Positions 35,497 through 47,960 of a stretch of DNA of 64,000 bases are shown in pieces. A program made the position numbers and the translations under genes. Position 1 is the first letter of the stretch. Every line of letters begins with the position of its first letter. The notes beneath the pieces are model-generated. The model saw only the letters and a list, made by a program, of their open reading frames with translations, was not told the origin of the DNA and made no database searches. The stretch is from Thalia democratica (Eukaryota). The stretch covers positions 46,004,001 through 46,068,000 of the forward strand of contig OZ241826.1 in the NCBI GenBank assembly GCA_965202585.1, in the 5' to 3' direction.

Positions 35497-38400
35497 ATGA
35501 GGTTTATACTAACTCTAAGCTTAGTGTTACTTGTTTATCTAAATAATGTGTCTTGTTTCTACGTTCCTGGAGTGGCTCCAGTTGAATTTCAGATTGGTCA
35601 AGAAGTTGAAATAAAGGTTTGTTGTCTGCCTTAAAAAGTTTATTTCTTACTTTTTACCTTGTACTAGTTTTTGTTTTAAAAATTATTTAAAAATGAAGAT
35701 ACTCATAAAGTTGTATGATATGGTATACATACAATATTAAAGTGAGATATATTTAAGTATCTTATTAAAACAAATAAAACTTGAAAAAAAAGTTATATTT
35801 TTGTTTTATTCATTACTAGAATTTTATTTAACAAACTATCAAATTATATTACATTTTAGGGTGTGAAAATGACTAGTTCAAAAACACAATTACCGTATGA
35901 ATATTATTCACTACCTTTCTGTAAACCTGAAGTTGTTGAATATAAAACCGAAAATTTGGGTTTGTTTTGTTTTCTTAATAAAAATTCTAAAAAAGGCTTG
36001 CTTGTATACATAAACATTTCAAAATGTGAATGTTTTTTTCAAAGTAGCCTAAAATTAATCTTCAAGACTTATGACAGCAATAATTAAGATGTATTTTTGT
36101 TGAGCAATATCTTGAAACATTAAAATACATATAGTATTATTGATTTTATTTTTTGTTTGAAACTTAGAAATAATATTTTTTTCATTTTAAAAGTAAATTA
36201 ATTAAAATATAAGTTTTAATGTTTAAATTATGTTAAATTATTGTATTGACTTTGATATTTTTATAATTTAAAATAGTGTTAAAAAAAGCCACATAAATTT
36301 GTCTAAATAATTTTTCAATGTTAAACCATTTAGTATTTTATTTTTAATTTTTTAAAAGCATGACTTGAGTGGAGTCAAGTGAATTTAAGAACTCATTTTA
36401 AAGATAAACTTTAACTAAAACATCAGGCGAGGTGTTGCGTGGAGATAGGATTGTAAACACTCCTTATGTTGTTAAGATGAAAAAAGAGTCTCAATGCAAT
36501 GTCTTATGTGAGAACACGATAACTAAAGATCAAGCAAAATTATTTATAGAAAGAATTAAGCAGCACTACTCTGTTCATTTGTTAGTTATTGTTTCTTATA
36601 TTTGAACCCTATTAATTGGGTATCAAATTTACTGTAATACTGTACAAAATAGCAATAGAAAAACATTTGTACAAGAAAAAAGTTAACTTAATACTTTTTT
36701 CTAAATTTGAAGACAAAACCCTAATAAATATTAATATTAACTTTTTATTAGTAACAAAAACAATATGAAAAATGTTAAAAAAGATTCCAGTAGATAAAAA
36801 ATAAACAAAACAAATGGTTGACAGGTTAGCTGACAACCTGCCATCAGCAACACACATAAAAATGGAAAGTGAGGAAATAGTCGAACATGGTTACAAGCTG
36901 GGTATTCATCTCAATGATGAGTCTACTTATATCAACAATCACCTCGTCATCAAAATGAAGTTTTTATTCTTGCTAATTAAAGAAATATCTTTATAACTAG
37001 TCTAAAATTTAAGCATCAAGGTTTTTTACTTGCACATTTTTCCTTTAAAATCATAAAATAGATTTTAGTAAATGGATATTGCATATGTTATATATAAGTA
37101 ACTTTATCGAATTATGTTTAGTTTTGTTATTTTAAAATTAAGTCGTACTTGTTTTATACTTAATGAAAATATTTAAAATTTAAAATTTATTTATGCAAAA
37201 GCTTTAAAAAAGTCATTTCCATTCAATAAAAAAGAATTGGTACATAATGATCAAGCACTTGTAAAAGTTTTGTCTCTGTTTTAAATTTTTCTGTGCTTTT
37301 AACAACAAAAGCTATCATCAAATGTTAGACTTTTTAGCCCGAAAACATTTATAAGCAAAATAAAAAAATATATTCCAAATTTTTATAGGTACAACGAGAA
37401 TCAAGAAGATTCAACGTTCCGCGTTGTTGGTTTCGAAGTGATACCAGTGTCGCTTTCCAGAGCTTCAGTGAATGTAAAAGACGGTATGTGCACTGTTGGT
37501 GAGCAAACTGCAAAGGAGAAAATAACCGAAGCAACAACATCAGTATTGTTCACCTACCAAGTTAAATGGGAGGTTTGTAGTTTTGTGTTATACTACCAAA
37601 ACGTTATTTTTTGCTGTATAAGTTAAAAAACTACAAGTATTTAAAAAAAAAGATATTCATTATTAAACATTTTAAGCTTGTCTATTTTTAAAAGTAAGTC
37701 ATAACATAAAAGTTAAATAAAGGAATTTCAAAAATTTATTTTAACTTTAATAAAATGCATAGTAATGTTAATTAATAAATAAACCAAGTTTTTTCTACAA
37801 CATGACTATCAAGCAGGAATTCTGACAAAGTTTTAATAAAAGCAAATAATATTAAACTAATGTTAAAACTCTAAACCTTATTCATTCACATCAAAATTTG
37901 TATTGGAATTATATTTTTCTAGCAAAGTGACATAAGATGGGCATCCCGGTGGGACAGCTATTTGTCCATGGGAGACGCGCAAATTCACTGGTTTTCCATC
38001 GTCAACTCAATTGTTGTTGTGCTCTTTCTTGCTGGTTTGTTGATGTGGTTATATGTGCAAATTTGTGTCAAGTAAAAGCCTATAATTTATTATACATTAA
38101 AGACTTATGATTATTTCTAAACCATTCAAATATGTAAGCGTTTGAAATCTTTTATCAATTGTAATGTTTTCCTTGACGTTTTGTTAATAAATATGGTGAC
38201 ATTTGCATGTTTATTTTTCGCTCTTTAAAAAGGATCTTACCAAATTTTAATTTATAAGTTAGTTATAATATTATTTTATTAACCGTTTAAGTTTATCTTT
38301 CTCCAAAGACCACTTATCATCTCTAAACTATTCAAATGTATAAATAATATATTTTTTTTTAATTGAAAGTCTAAACCGCAGGAGTGCTGACGATGATCAT

Positions 38401-41400
38401 AGTGCGAACTCTGAGACGCGACATCGCTCAGTACAACAAGGAAGACGACGACCTGGAAGACGCGTTGGAAGAAACCGGATGGAAATTAGTTCACGGTGAT
38501 GTCTTCAGACCCCCCAGAAGAGTTTGTTTATTTGAATTTTTAGTATCACAAAATAATATATTTTGTGTAATAATTAAAATTCATAAGTTGAAAAACTTTT
38601 GATAATGCTTCTTATTGTTTTTAATAAAACATTTAGATCATGTTGCTGGTTTCGTTCTTTGGTGCTGGCGTGCAGTTGTTCGGTATGGCGATAGTGACAA
38701 TAGTCGTGGCCATGTTGGGAATGTTGTCCCCTTCGTCCAGAGGTTCGCTGCTCAACGCCTCTTTCGCCTTGTACGTCCTCATGGGGTTAGTTTGTTTTAG
38801 TTGTGCATTAAACTATTAAATTTTTCAAGTTAATTAATTTATTTTAAACTATTCATCATTTTACTTCTATGTTTCTGTTTTTATTCACAGCCCAAAAGTT
38901 TATACTTTAAATATTGTAAACTGTTCGTTGCTTCCAGTTCTGTTTGTAAACACAATTTGAATACGACAGTGTTTTTGGCGGGTACTTCGCCGGAAGGTTG
39001 TACAAATCGCTGAAAGGCCAGCTGTGGAAGCGTGCTGCCGTGCAGACTGCTCTTTTATACCCCGCCGTCGTCGCCACCATCGCCTTCATGCTCAACTTTC
39101 TCATCTGGGGCAAGCACTCGTCTGGCGCTGTTAGTTTTGTGTTTAAAAAGTTATTTTTTTGATTTGTTTTACAAAATGAGAATTTTTTAATTAAATAAAA
39201 ACATGTTTAAATAGCTTCAATGAAATCAATCACCAATAATTTTTACGGAGTACTTTTAGGTTGTTTACTTGTAATCATCAACACAATAAAACTGTTATTA
39301 ACAATGTAATATTTAACAATATTTTTATTAGCTAAAATGTTATTGATTAACTCTGTAATCGATCAAAATATTTTTTTAATAGCCACATCTATTAAGCATG
39401 CAAGCATAAAGCATAAGTGTTCATTTGTAAACAAATAAAAATCTTATAGTTTTGTTTTTATGGTGAGAGTGAGCTTTCAGTTTTGTTGTATGAAATACAA
39501 CAGTTTTTTTCAGAACTAGCAATAACAAGTAGTGTAAATGCTAGTTAACACTTATGAAATTTTCCAGACGCTTGTAAATATTTGCTCTTTAAATGTGTTA
39601 ACCTGAATTATTTTAAGTAATCACTTTCTAAAGTAAACTGGTTTGACTGCATTTGTAGTTTTCGTAGCAAACTTTCTGACCAACTTGTTACATTTCTTCC
39701 ACCACATTTTTTTATATATTACAAAATATTTTATACTATTTATATTAACTAACTCTGTTTCTAGTCTGTTGATATCACATCTTTTTAACTGAATAATAAT
39801 TTTATAGCTTGTCCAAATTTTATTATAAACTGTAGTAATTTGAGCATTAAGTTTAATAAAAATATTATAAATATGTTTATTATATATAGAGTTATATATA
39901 TTATAATTATATAATTTTTGATTGTATTTTAACAAGTTACTCAACATAAAACTTCAACTTAAACATTTCAGCTGCCGTTTTCAACGATGGTGCTGATACT
40001 GGTGCTGGTGGTCGGAGTGTCGCTTCCGCTAACGCTCGTCGGTTTCTACTTCGGTTACAGGAAGCAGGCTTACGAGAACCCCGTCAGAACGAACCAAATT
40101 CCCAGGCAGGTGCCGGATCAACAGTGGTACAAGGGATCAATTGCTAGGTATTTGAAGTTTGAGAAAAATGATTCATGTAGAATAAGATAAATTTTAAATA
40201 TTGTATATTACATGCAGTTTTTATTAAATTGTTTTTGGTTAAAAAGCTGTAAAAGTGTGTTTTTTTATTTTGTATTTCTAATATATATTTTGTCACTTTA
40301 TTTTGTACAAATATTGTATTTAGTATGGAAATGATTAATTTTGTAACATTAATTTTTTTGTAACAGTGTTATGATGGCTGGTGTTCTACCTTTTGGTGCA
40401 GTTTTCATTGAACTCTTCTTTATATTCACTGTAAGTTATTAATACTATTTTATTGTGACTCTATCTTGTTTTTAAATTTAAATTTATTATTTTGCAGTTT
40501 TCTTTTAATTACTAGGCTATGTTTAAAATTTTTATCATAAAAATAAAAATTTTCAACTAACAAACTAACAGGCTATTTGGGAAAATCAGTTTTACTACAT
40601 GTTCGGTTTTCTCTTCCTCGTATTTGTAATTCTGATCATCGCCTGCAGTCAGATTGCCATTGTCATGGTCTACTTTCAACTGTGCACAGAGGTTTGTACT
40701 TTGATTTTTAGATTAAATTTAAATTGAAGTAATGAAATTTTAACCAGCTTTGCTAAGCTCAAAGTAGAGTAGATTTTACAATCAAGTAACAGCAAATATA
40801 TTAAAAAATGTTTTAAGTAATTTTCCAAACGCATTGTTATGTTTTTATTTAATTAAATATTTTTATTCAAAGGACTACCACTGGTGGTGGAGAAGCTTCA
40901 TGGTATCCGGAGGATCAGCCGTCTACGTGTTCCTCTACTCGCTCTTCTACTTCCACACTCAGGTAATAAACTAAGCGCTTTTGCGGTTTTCAAACTAATT
41001 ATTGATACCTTTACTATTTTTTAATGTTTTAAAAGTGTGTATTATTTTAAACGAAATCTATACTAAGTATAGATTGATTTATTTGTGTATAGTTATTTTG
41101 AATTTTTAAAATTATATATTTGTGACCTGGAATAATACAAGTAAAAGAAAGTTTATAATTTCAAGTATATCTTGATATTTTTATATAATTCTTTTATTAT
41201 TACTATTTTAAGTTTTTAAAGTTAAACATCTGTCATTACTACTATCCTAATAGATTATTCAGTAAGTACTTAAAATTTTTTTTTATGAGACTTAAAAGCA
41301 ACTTAGTTTTGAGTTCTATATTGTAACTACAGTACACTACCGCTTAAGTACGCAAATTGAACCCGACCAAAAAGTGCGTACTTAGCACGGGTAGTGCGTA

Positions 41401-42994
41401 CTTTTTGAAGACATAGTATAATAAGAACTTTAGTTATTTGTTTTCTTTCTTACAACTAGCCACCAAATAATTAAGCCAAATAAACAAGTCTTTTTATTTT
41501 AAATAACATTTAATACATAATTCTAATCTGCAAAACTTTTTATTAGATTTTAAAATGATTTATTTTGTCTATTATTTATTAATATAGAAAGTCAATGTCA
41601 GTCAAAGGTATAAAAAAGAATAATAAGCCATATTTTGTTTTGTTAGAGGTAAAGTACCAAACTACATTGTGTTTACCAAACATTTTGAAAACATCAATGT
41701 GTGTACATTTAAATTAAGTTATGACTTAACTATGTTGTATTTGTAGGTTTTTTTAGCTTTGTCATCTAGATTTATTTATTTAACCGCATTACAGCTCAAA
41801 TATCATTGTTCTTTTCACTTTTCTGCAACCACTACATAAGTATTTAGTTTATTAACTTTTAATATCAGGACTGTCACAATTTCAGGCTCGTTAGACTACT
41901 TAGGATTACTCACGCTAGTTTAAAATTTGTGAAAGTCTTAGGCTAACTCAGCAGGTTGGCCATTCTACCTTTCTTGATAAGTGCGTACTTAAGGCGTGAT
42001 GCGTACCAAAAAAAGTGCGTACTTAAGCGGTAGTCTACTGATTTAAACTTTTTATTGTATTAATCTGATGTTATTGTATTGTATAATTTTTTAAAGTTTA
42101 GTTTAAGCTGTGTAAGTTTAATTATTTGTAATGATTACAAATTTCCTACGTAGCATGATGTAATTACAGTTTTTATGAGCATCTAAATTAACGTTAACAA
42201 AGTTCTACTGTTACAAAAGTTTCTAAGGTTTTTATAATGTGTTTTTAAATCTTAGTTAGAACATACAAAAGTTGTATATGTTTTCGTTGAGAAATATATA
42301 AAAATAATCTTTGTTGTTTTAAAAAGTTGTTGAAAATAACAAATAGTTTTCTATTTAAAGTTTAATTATTTTTAGCTGGCACACTAAAAAAAAGTTGTTT
42401 ATATTTAAAACTTTTATTAAGCAATCTGAATTTGAAAAGTAAATTTTTTTTTTCAAAGTTTTAGAAGTTATCAAACTTCCTCCTTAAGGTCATAAAATTG
42501 GTCCTAGTCCGCACGTTAGTTGTTAATTAAAAAATTGCACACATATGATTATATAAAACATCGGTACTAGCTAAAAAGCGTACATTATTATTCTTAAATA
42601 TTGCGATTCATTTCTTATGATAATTTTTATTAATTAATTAAATTATTTAATGTGAATTTTATAGCATTTTAAAATTTATTGTAAATTACATATTTCAAAT
42701 TGAAACAAAACATTAGTTTTCAATTATATGCTTAATTAAGTATAAAAAAACGCATTTTTAAAAATTAAAATAATAATTTTATAGAAGTAGAAGCTTTTTT
42801 TTTTAATTTGCATATGATTTAATTTTTTTTTATTATTTTTACAGCTGAACATCACAGCGGTCATCCCGACGATCTTGTACTTCGGATACACAGTCATCAT
42901 CGTCATCACCTTCTGGATTCTCACCGGTTCCATCGGCTTCTACGCGTCCTACAGATTCGTCAGGATGATCTACTCGCAAGTTAAAATAGACTGA
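35497..42994 (+). CDS. TM9SF4: Transmembrane 9 superfamily member 4 (nonaspanin), complete, 617 aa
   Basis: Exons 35497-35616, 35860-35959, 36427-36580, 36825-36959, 37389-37572, 37923-38034, 38382-38521, 38637-38785, 38970-39129, 39972-40147, 40367-40430, 40572-40691, 40873-40962, 42845-42994 (1854 nt, all in frame). Signal peptide followed by FYVPGVAP; [13 protein letters not shown]; [17 protein letters not shown]; WASRWDSYL; [17 protein letters not shown]; [12 protein letters not shown]; [13 protein letters not shown]; DYHWWWRSF; C-terminal KxD motif (VKID). An acceptor just before the ATG implies an unlocated 5'-UTR exon. Confidence 0.97.
41330..42040. mobile_element. Tc1/mariner-like MITE in the last TM9SF4 intron
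   Basis: 25-bp TIR CAGTA(C/G)ACTACCGCTTAAGTACGCA at both ends, TA on the left flank; a second copy lies at 52095-58172. Confidence 0.8.
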
Positions 42995-45900
42995 TCACCC
43001 TCTTTATTTTGTTGTTTTTAGTGAACATTAAGGTTCATCAACATGTTTGAAAAAGTTAGGACATGTTGAATATTTATTACATACTTTATCAAATTCTAAA
43101 GAATGCTCTATTTTATTTTCCCCCTAAATTAATAACCTTACATAAACTATTTTAGATTATCTTTTTCAGTGGAAAAACTTTTGATGTTAAGTTTAATTTG
43201 ATGTTAAAGGTCCTATTTTGTAAAAACTAACAGCTTTATAATTAAGTTAGCCTAGTTTGAAAAGATGTAAAAGTAGTTCTTTTAGTGAATTTTAATAATT
43301 AATTAGTTAAGTTTTAACCTTTTTGGTATTAATTGAAATTTTACATAATCAGCAGTCAGTATCAAACATTTTATGTATTATAATAGTATTTAATATATGG
43401 TAATCTTATTTTACATATAATTTTTCAATGTTTCAACCCAATAACAATAATAACAATATTTAAGAGTATTTATGTACTTGAGTTTAACCATTCTTGGAGT
43501 ATTACCCGTGTTTTTAACAAATTTGTGAAACACCAAGCATTTGCTATATGAGTTGCATATGCTGTTCAACTAAAAGATGAATAACTAAGATTAATCATTT
43601 CCTAACTTTTGCTAATTTTTAAACACTTCCTATGCTGTAGAGGCAATAAGTTTTTTATTGGTCAGTTTTTTTTTAATTAAGCTAATTTACTAATATCTAA
43701 GTTTTGTTGTTTTAAATTAACATTAGTTGTTGTTGATTATTAGTTTTAGTATATTTAAGGAAAATTTTTTGTTATTAGTTTTAATTTAGTTTAACATAAT
43801 TCATCTAAGGCCACCTTACTACTATTCTAATGTTTATATCTTTACTCACACAATTGATTTATTTTACCAAGAAGGGGTAAAATTGCCAATGAAAACAGTT
43901 ATAAATTAATTTTTACATAAGTTTTAGTTTAACTTGGATTGATTCACTGTTAATAAAATAAAAACATTCTATGTTTTTACATATATATGCGAAGTTATCA
44001 GTTTTTTTCCAAATAAGCATGCATTTATTACTTGCTATTTGTTTCGTATGGTAACAAGTTTCACTAAAACTTATTTATTAGCCACTATTATTTTATGCTT
44101 ACATGTAATAGTACACACTTTTCAATGTAGTATAAATTAGTTTTTGTCAGTTTCATGTTAGTTTACAACTTGCTAAAGCATTGAATACAATTGCAATATG
44201 TTTATGTATTTCTTAGTTGTAAATTTGGCTGTTTTTGTTTCGCTTTTGTTTCAAGTTTTATACATAAAAAGTTTAAAAATTTCGTGCTATTTTTTACTAC
44301 TTTAATTTATAATAAATTATTTCGTACGAAGGCAAAAAATTTCTTACACAAATAAATTATAAGATATTAATAAGTTTATTTAAAAATAATTGTATTTGAG
44401 TAGTATATGCAAATAAGTATTTGTCACTGATGAAAATATAAAATTTTTAGTTTTTATTTAATGAAATATAATTATGCTTTTGCAAATAATGATAGTGTCA
44501 GACTTAAATAACTTTTTTGCTTTACAGCTTAAGTAGAGTTAAGTTAAATAAACTTTTTTTTGAAAGGAGAAAAATATACTTGAATAGTTGTGTTCGAAGC
44601 AGTCAGCAATTTTTTCTATGTTGTAGGAATAATTTTTTGACGTGTTTTTTTTTTAGGTAGTCGGTAGTTTTGATGTTACTGTTAACCACACGAATGAAAC
44701 TTTTTTATAACTCAGGATGGAAAATCATAAAATATGGAATCCTTAAAAATAATGAAGCTTATATTTTTGTAAAGACAACAAAAGTCCTACAATTTTGAAT
44801 TTTATATAAATATTTTCTAGTTCTAAGAATGGTTTTAATTTTTTGTTTGAAAATAAAAAGTACTACAAAATTGTTTGTAAATCTTTCTGTAAACACCTGA
44901 AACAAATACTTAACTTTAAATATTTTTTAAAGTTAACAAAGTTGTCTTTTAATTTATAATTTGAACTAGGTTTTTTTACGGAAGCTAAATAAAAACATTA
45001 TTTTAGTTGAAATTGCCATTAAACTATATAGGAATAGCACTGTAAAAACCTAGTTTGAAACAAAAGTGATTGTTATCAACACTTAAGGCTGCTTATTAAT
45101 ATACTATAAATAGATAAAAACACTTTTATTTCCTGAAAACTTGGTCGTTTTTATATTGAGATTTGAGATAGTAATACTTTTTTACCGATACATGTAGTAA
45201 TAACACTTGTATAGAATAAAAAGTATTGTTATATTAAAGAGAATTTGTTTATTTTTTAGAACTGTATTTACACTTGAATACACTTGTTTTCATATAAAAA
45301 GTTGCTCGCGGACCGCAGTTACTTAAAATAATTTTGCAATATACATAAAAATAGTATCTAAAACTAAACAATATAAGTACTATTAGTTATGAGATTAAGA
45401 TCCAAGTTGAATTTTTTTATCAAATAAATGATTGTTTTAAACAAATATTTTTATAGCTAAAAAGTAAATCGCGGGCTAAAGTTTTCTGTTTTTTTTGCCG
45501 ACCTCTTTTGTATTTAAAAGAAAAATCTTGCAAAGTTGGTTCACAATTGGAAATAAGATTATTTTTTAGATTATAATTTTTGAGCAGAAAGCCAACATTC
45601 TAGTCCATTCATAGTTTAAAATTTAAACTAAAAAACCCGCCCACTACAAAATTTATGTCAGTTGGTGCGAGGCGATTTGAAGAGGATTTGCTTTAAATAA
45701 ATTAAGATTCATTAAAAGTTTAAAATCAGCGATTAAAGAAGAAAAAAACAATATTTAATAAAAAAGGTTTTAATTATTGTTTCATAGTTTAAAAAAGGTT
45801 TGTTTAATTAGTAGTTTTGTCATAATTTTAGTCGTTATCTAAAAAGTAAGATAAAAACAATGCATATGCAATTTCGTACTTTTTTTGTCGTTACTCTAGT

Positions 45901-47960
45901 AAACTTTCAAATATTTAGGTACTTTCAGCACGACATGAGTTTATTTAAGAATAAGTTTTTCAAATCTTTGTTTTAGTTAATTTAGATAAATTTGAAATAC
46001 AAACTAAAAATAATTTTTTTCTTCTGATTTGTAGTCACTTTTATTAGTTTAGTTCATTGAATGACAAAAAAAGCGCTAAAAAAGGTAGTTTACAAAAGAC
46101 CTTTCGATATTAGAGTCGTACACTATTTGAATACAGTTTAACGTCTTGTCCAGGACAGACAACTTTTTCTTCAACAATACTCGAAAATAAAAAACATTTT
46201 TAAAATTTTTATAGAATAATTTTAGTTTAAAGCGTTCTTTTTTATTATCTAAACGTTTTATTAAAAATCTAACGTGTATCAAAAAATATATATGAGTTTA
46301 GCTTTAGCTTAGTTTCAAAACAAATCTTATTTTTTTATATACAAAATGAGTAGAAAAATATAATTTAGAAAGTTACTATTCTGAGTCTGACAGTTTTGAT
46401 CTAAATTATATAAAATTGTAAACTTCATTAAAATTTATTTTTTGAAAGATTTACAAACTTTAACTTTAGACGAAATTTATTTCTTCATTTCAAGCAAATT
46501 GGGCTCACTGTGGTTTGCACACAATGTAAATTGTTTTAATACCACTATTTTCTTGAAGAATTAAAAAAATCTTTATGATTTCGTTTTATGAAAGCCTTAA
46601 AGACCATTTAAAACAATTTAAATCTATTTTGTTGAAAACCTTTGAGATCAAAAACTTAAGTAATTCTAATTAATTTGTTATCATGGTTCAATATTTCTTT
46701 AGTTTAGCATTGCTAAATTCACAAGTCTTGGAAGAACTTAAAAAAATAACTATTTAAGTGAAACAAACTAAGTTTAAAACAGAAATACTGTTGATATTCA
46801 GTAATTTGTTAAAATTAAGTTTTTATAAAACCTAGAAAAAAAAAGAGATATGAACAAAGTTTCCAAAAAAAACATTTGGCCAACCTGACAACTGTGTACA
46901 TTTAAATCTGTGAATTCAATTTTTATGTGCGTTTTTGTATTAATCTTAAAGCATTATGTTATTATCATCAGAGCTATTAAAATTGTAATTAAGATGTTCT
47001 AAAGTTAAACATTTTTAGTAGACTAAGAAAGAAAATAATAATTTAAAACTAGTGTAGGGTATGTAACGCATTAAAATTAATACTTCAATTCTAATGAACT
47101 CTATTAATAAATTATTTTTATTTAAGGTATTTTGTGCGCCTTAATTTCAGCACTGTTAGTTTGTTAAAAGTTTTCAATAAAGATAATTCTCAAAAACAAA
47201 GCTAGAAATTTTGACTGTTTTAATCAGCTATATTATTTGTAAAATTTATTAGTTTGGGACTATTTATATTACAACAAAGCTAGATTATAGTTATTTGCCT
47301 AAATTTTTTTTACAATACTATTAAAGAACAAATTTAAAAAACTTATTTTTTCTAAATTTGCATCTACTTTAAACTAAAATAAAACTCCACAACCCCCTTT
47401 AAATTTTTGAGATTTAAAGTGACATTATATAAATTTATATCTTAAATTTATAATTTTGCTATGTTTTTGTAGACATTCTTTTATTAGCAGCTTATAAAGG
47501 ATGTCTAAAACGAAAGTCAAACGAACGTTACATGATATAATAAGACACAAAAAAGGAAGCATTAACAAGCCAAAGCTGCTTAGTAAAGCAGTGTAAGTGG
47601 TATATTTTGTTACTGGTGTGTATTATAGCTGCCAACAAAGAGTGATTGAAGCTATAAAAATGTCGTTTTGTTTACAAAATCCAGAATTTGAGATGCTAGA
47701 ACCGTTGCTTTAAAACAGCATGGTTTAAATTTGTTAAACTAGGTTGTTTTAAAACTAACTCTTAATTTAAATAAAAGGTTAACAAAAACATTTTTATACT
47801 TGGAAAAAAACTTTTGAAAATAGCAATTAATGAAACGAATGAAAAAAATATAAGTTATGTTTTCCAAATTGCCATTTGGCCACTTAAAAATATGCTTTTG
47901 CGTTTAAGTGCATTGTTTCCCGGGTAGGCCTATACTGCACCGTTCTACTTCAAGTATTTA

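Noticed and set aside
44590-44800. Short hydrophobic frames after TM9SF4 (e.g. SVVLMLLLTTRMKLFYNSGWKII...)
   Set aside because: Under 50 codons, with no consistent exon chain or homology.
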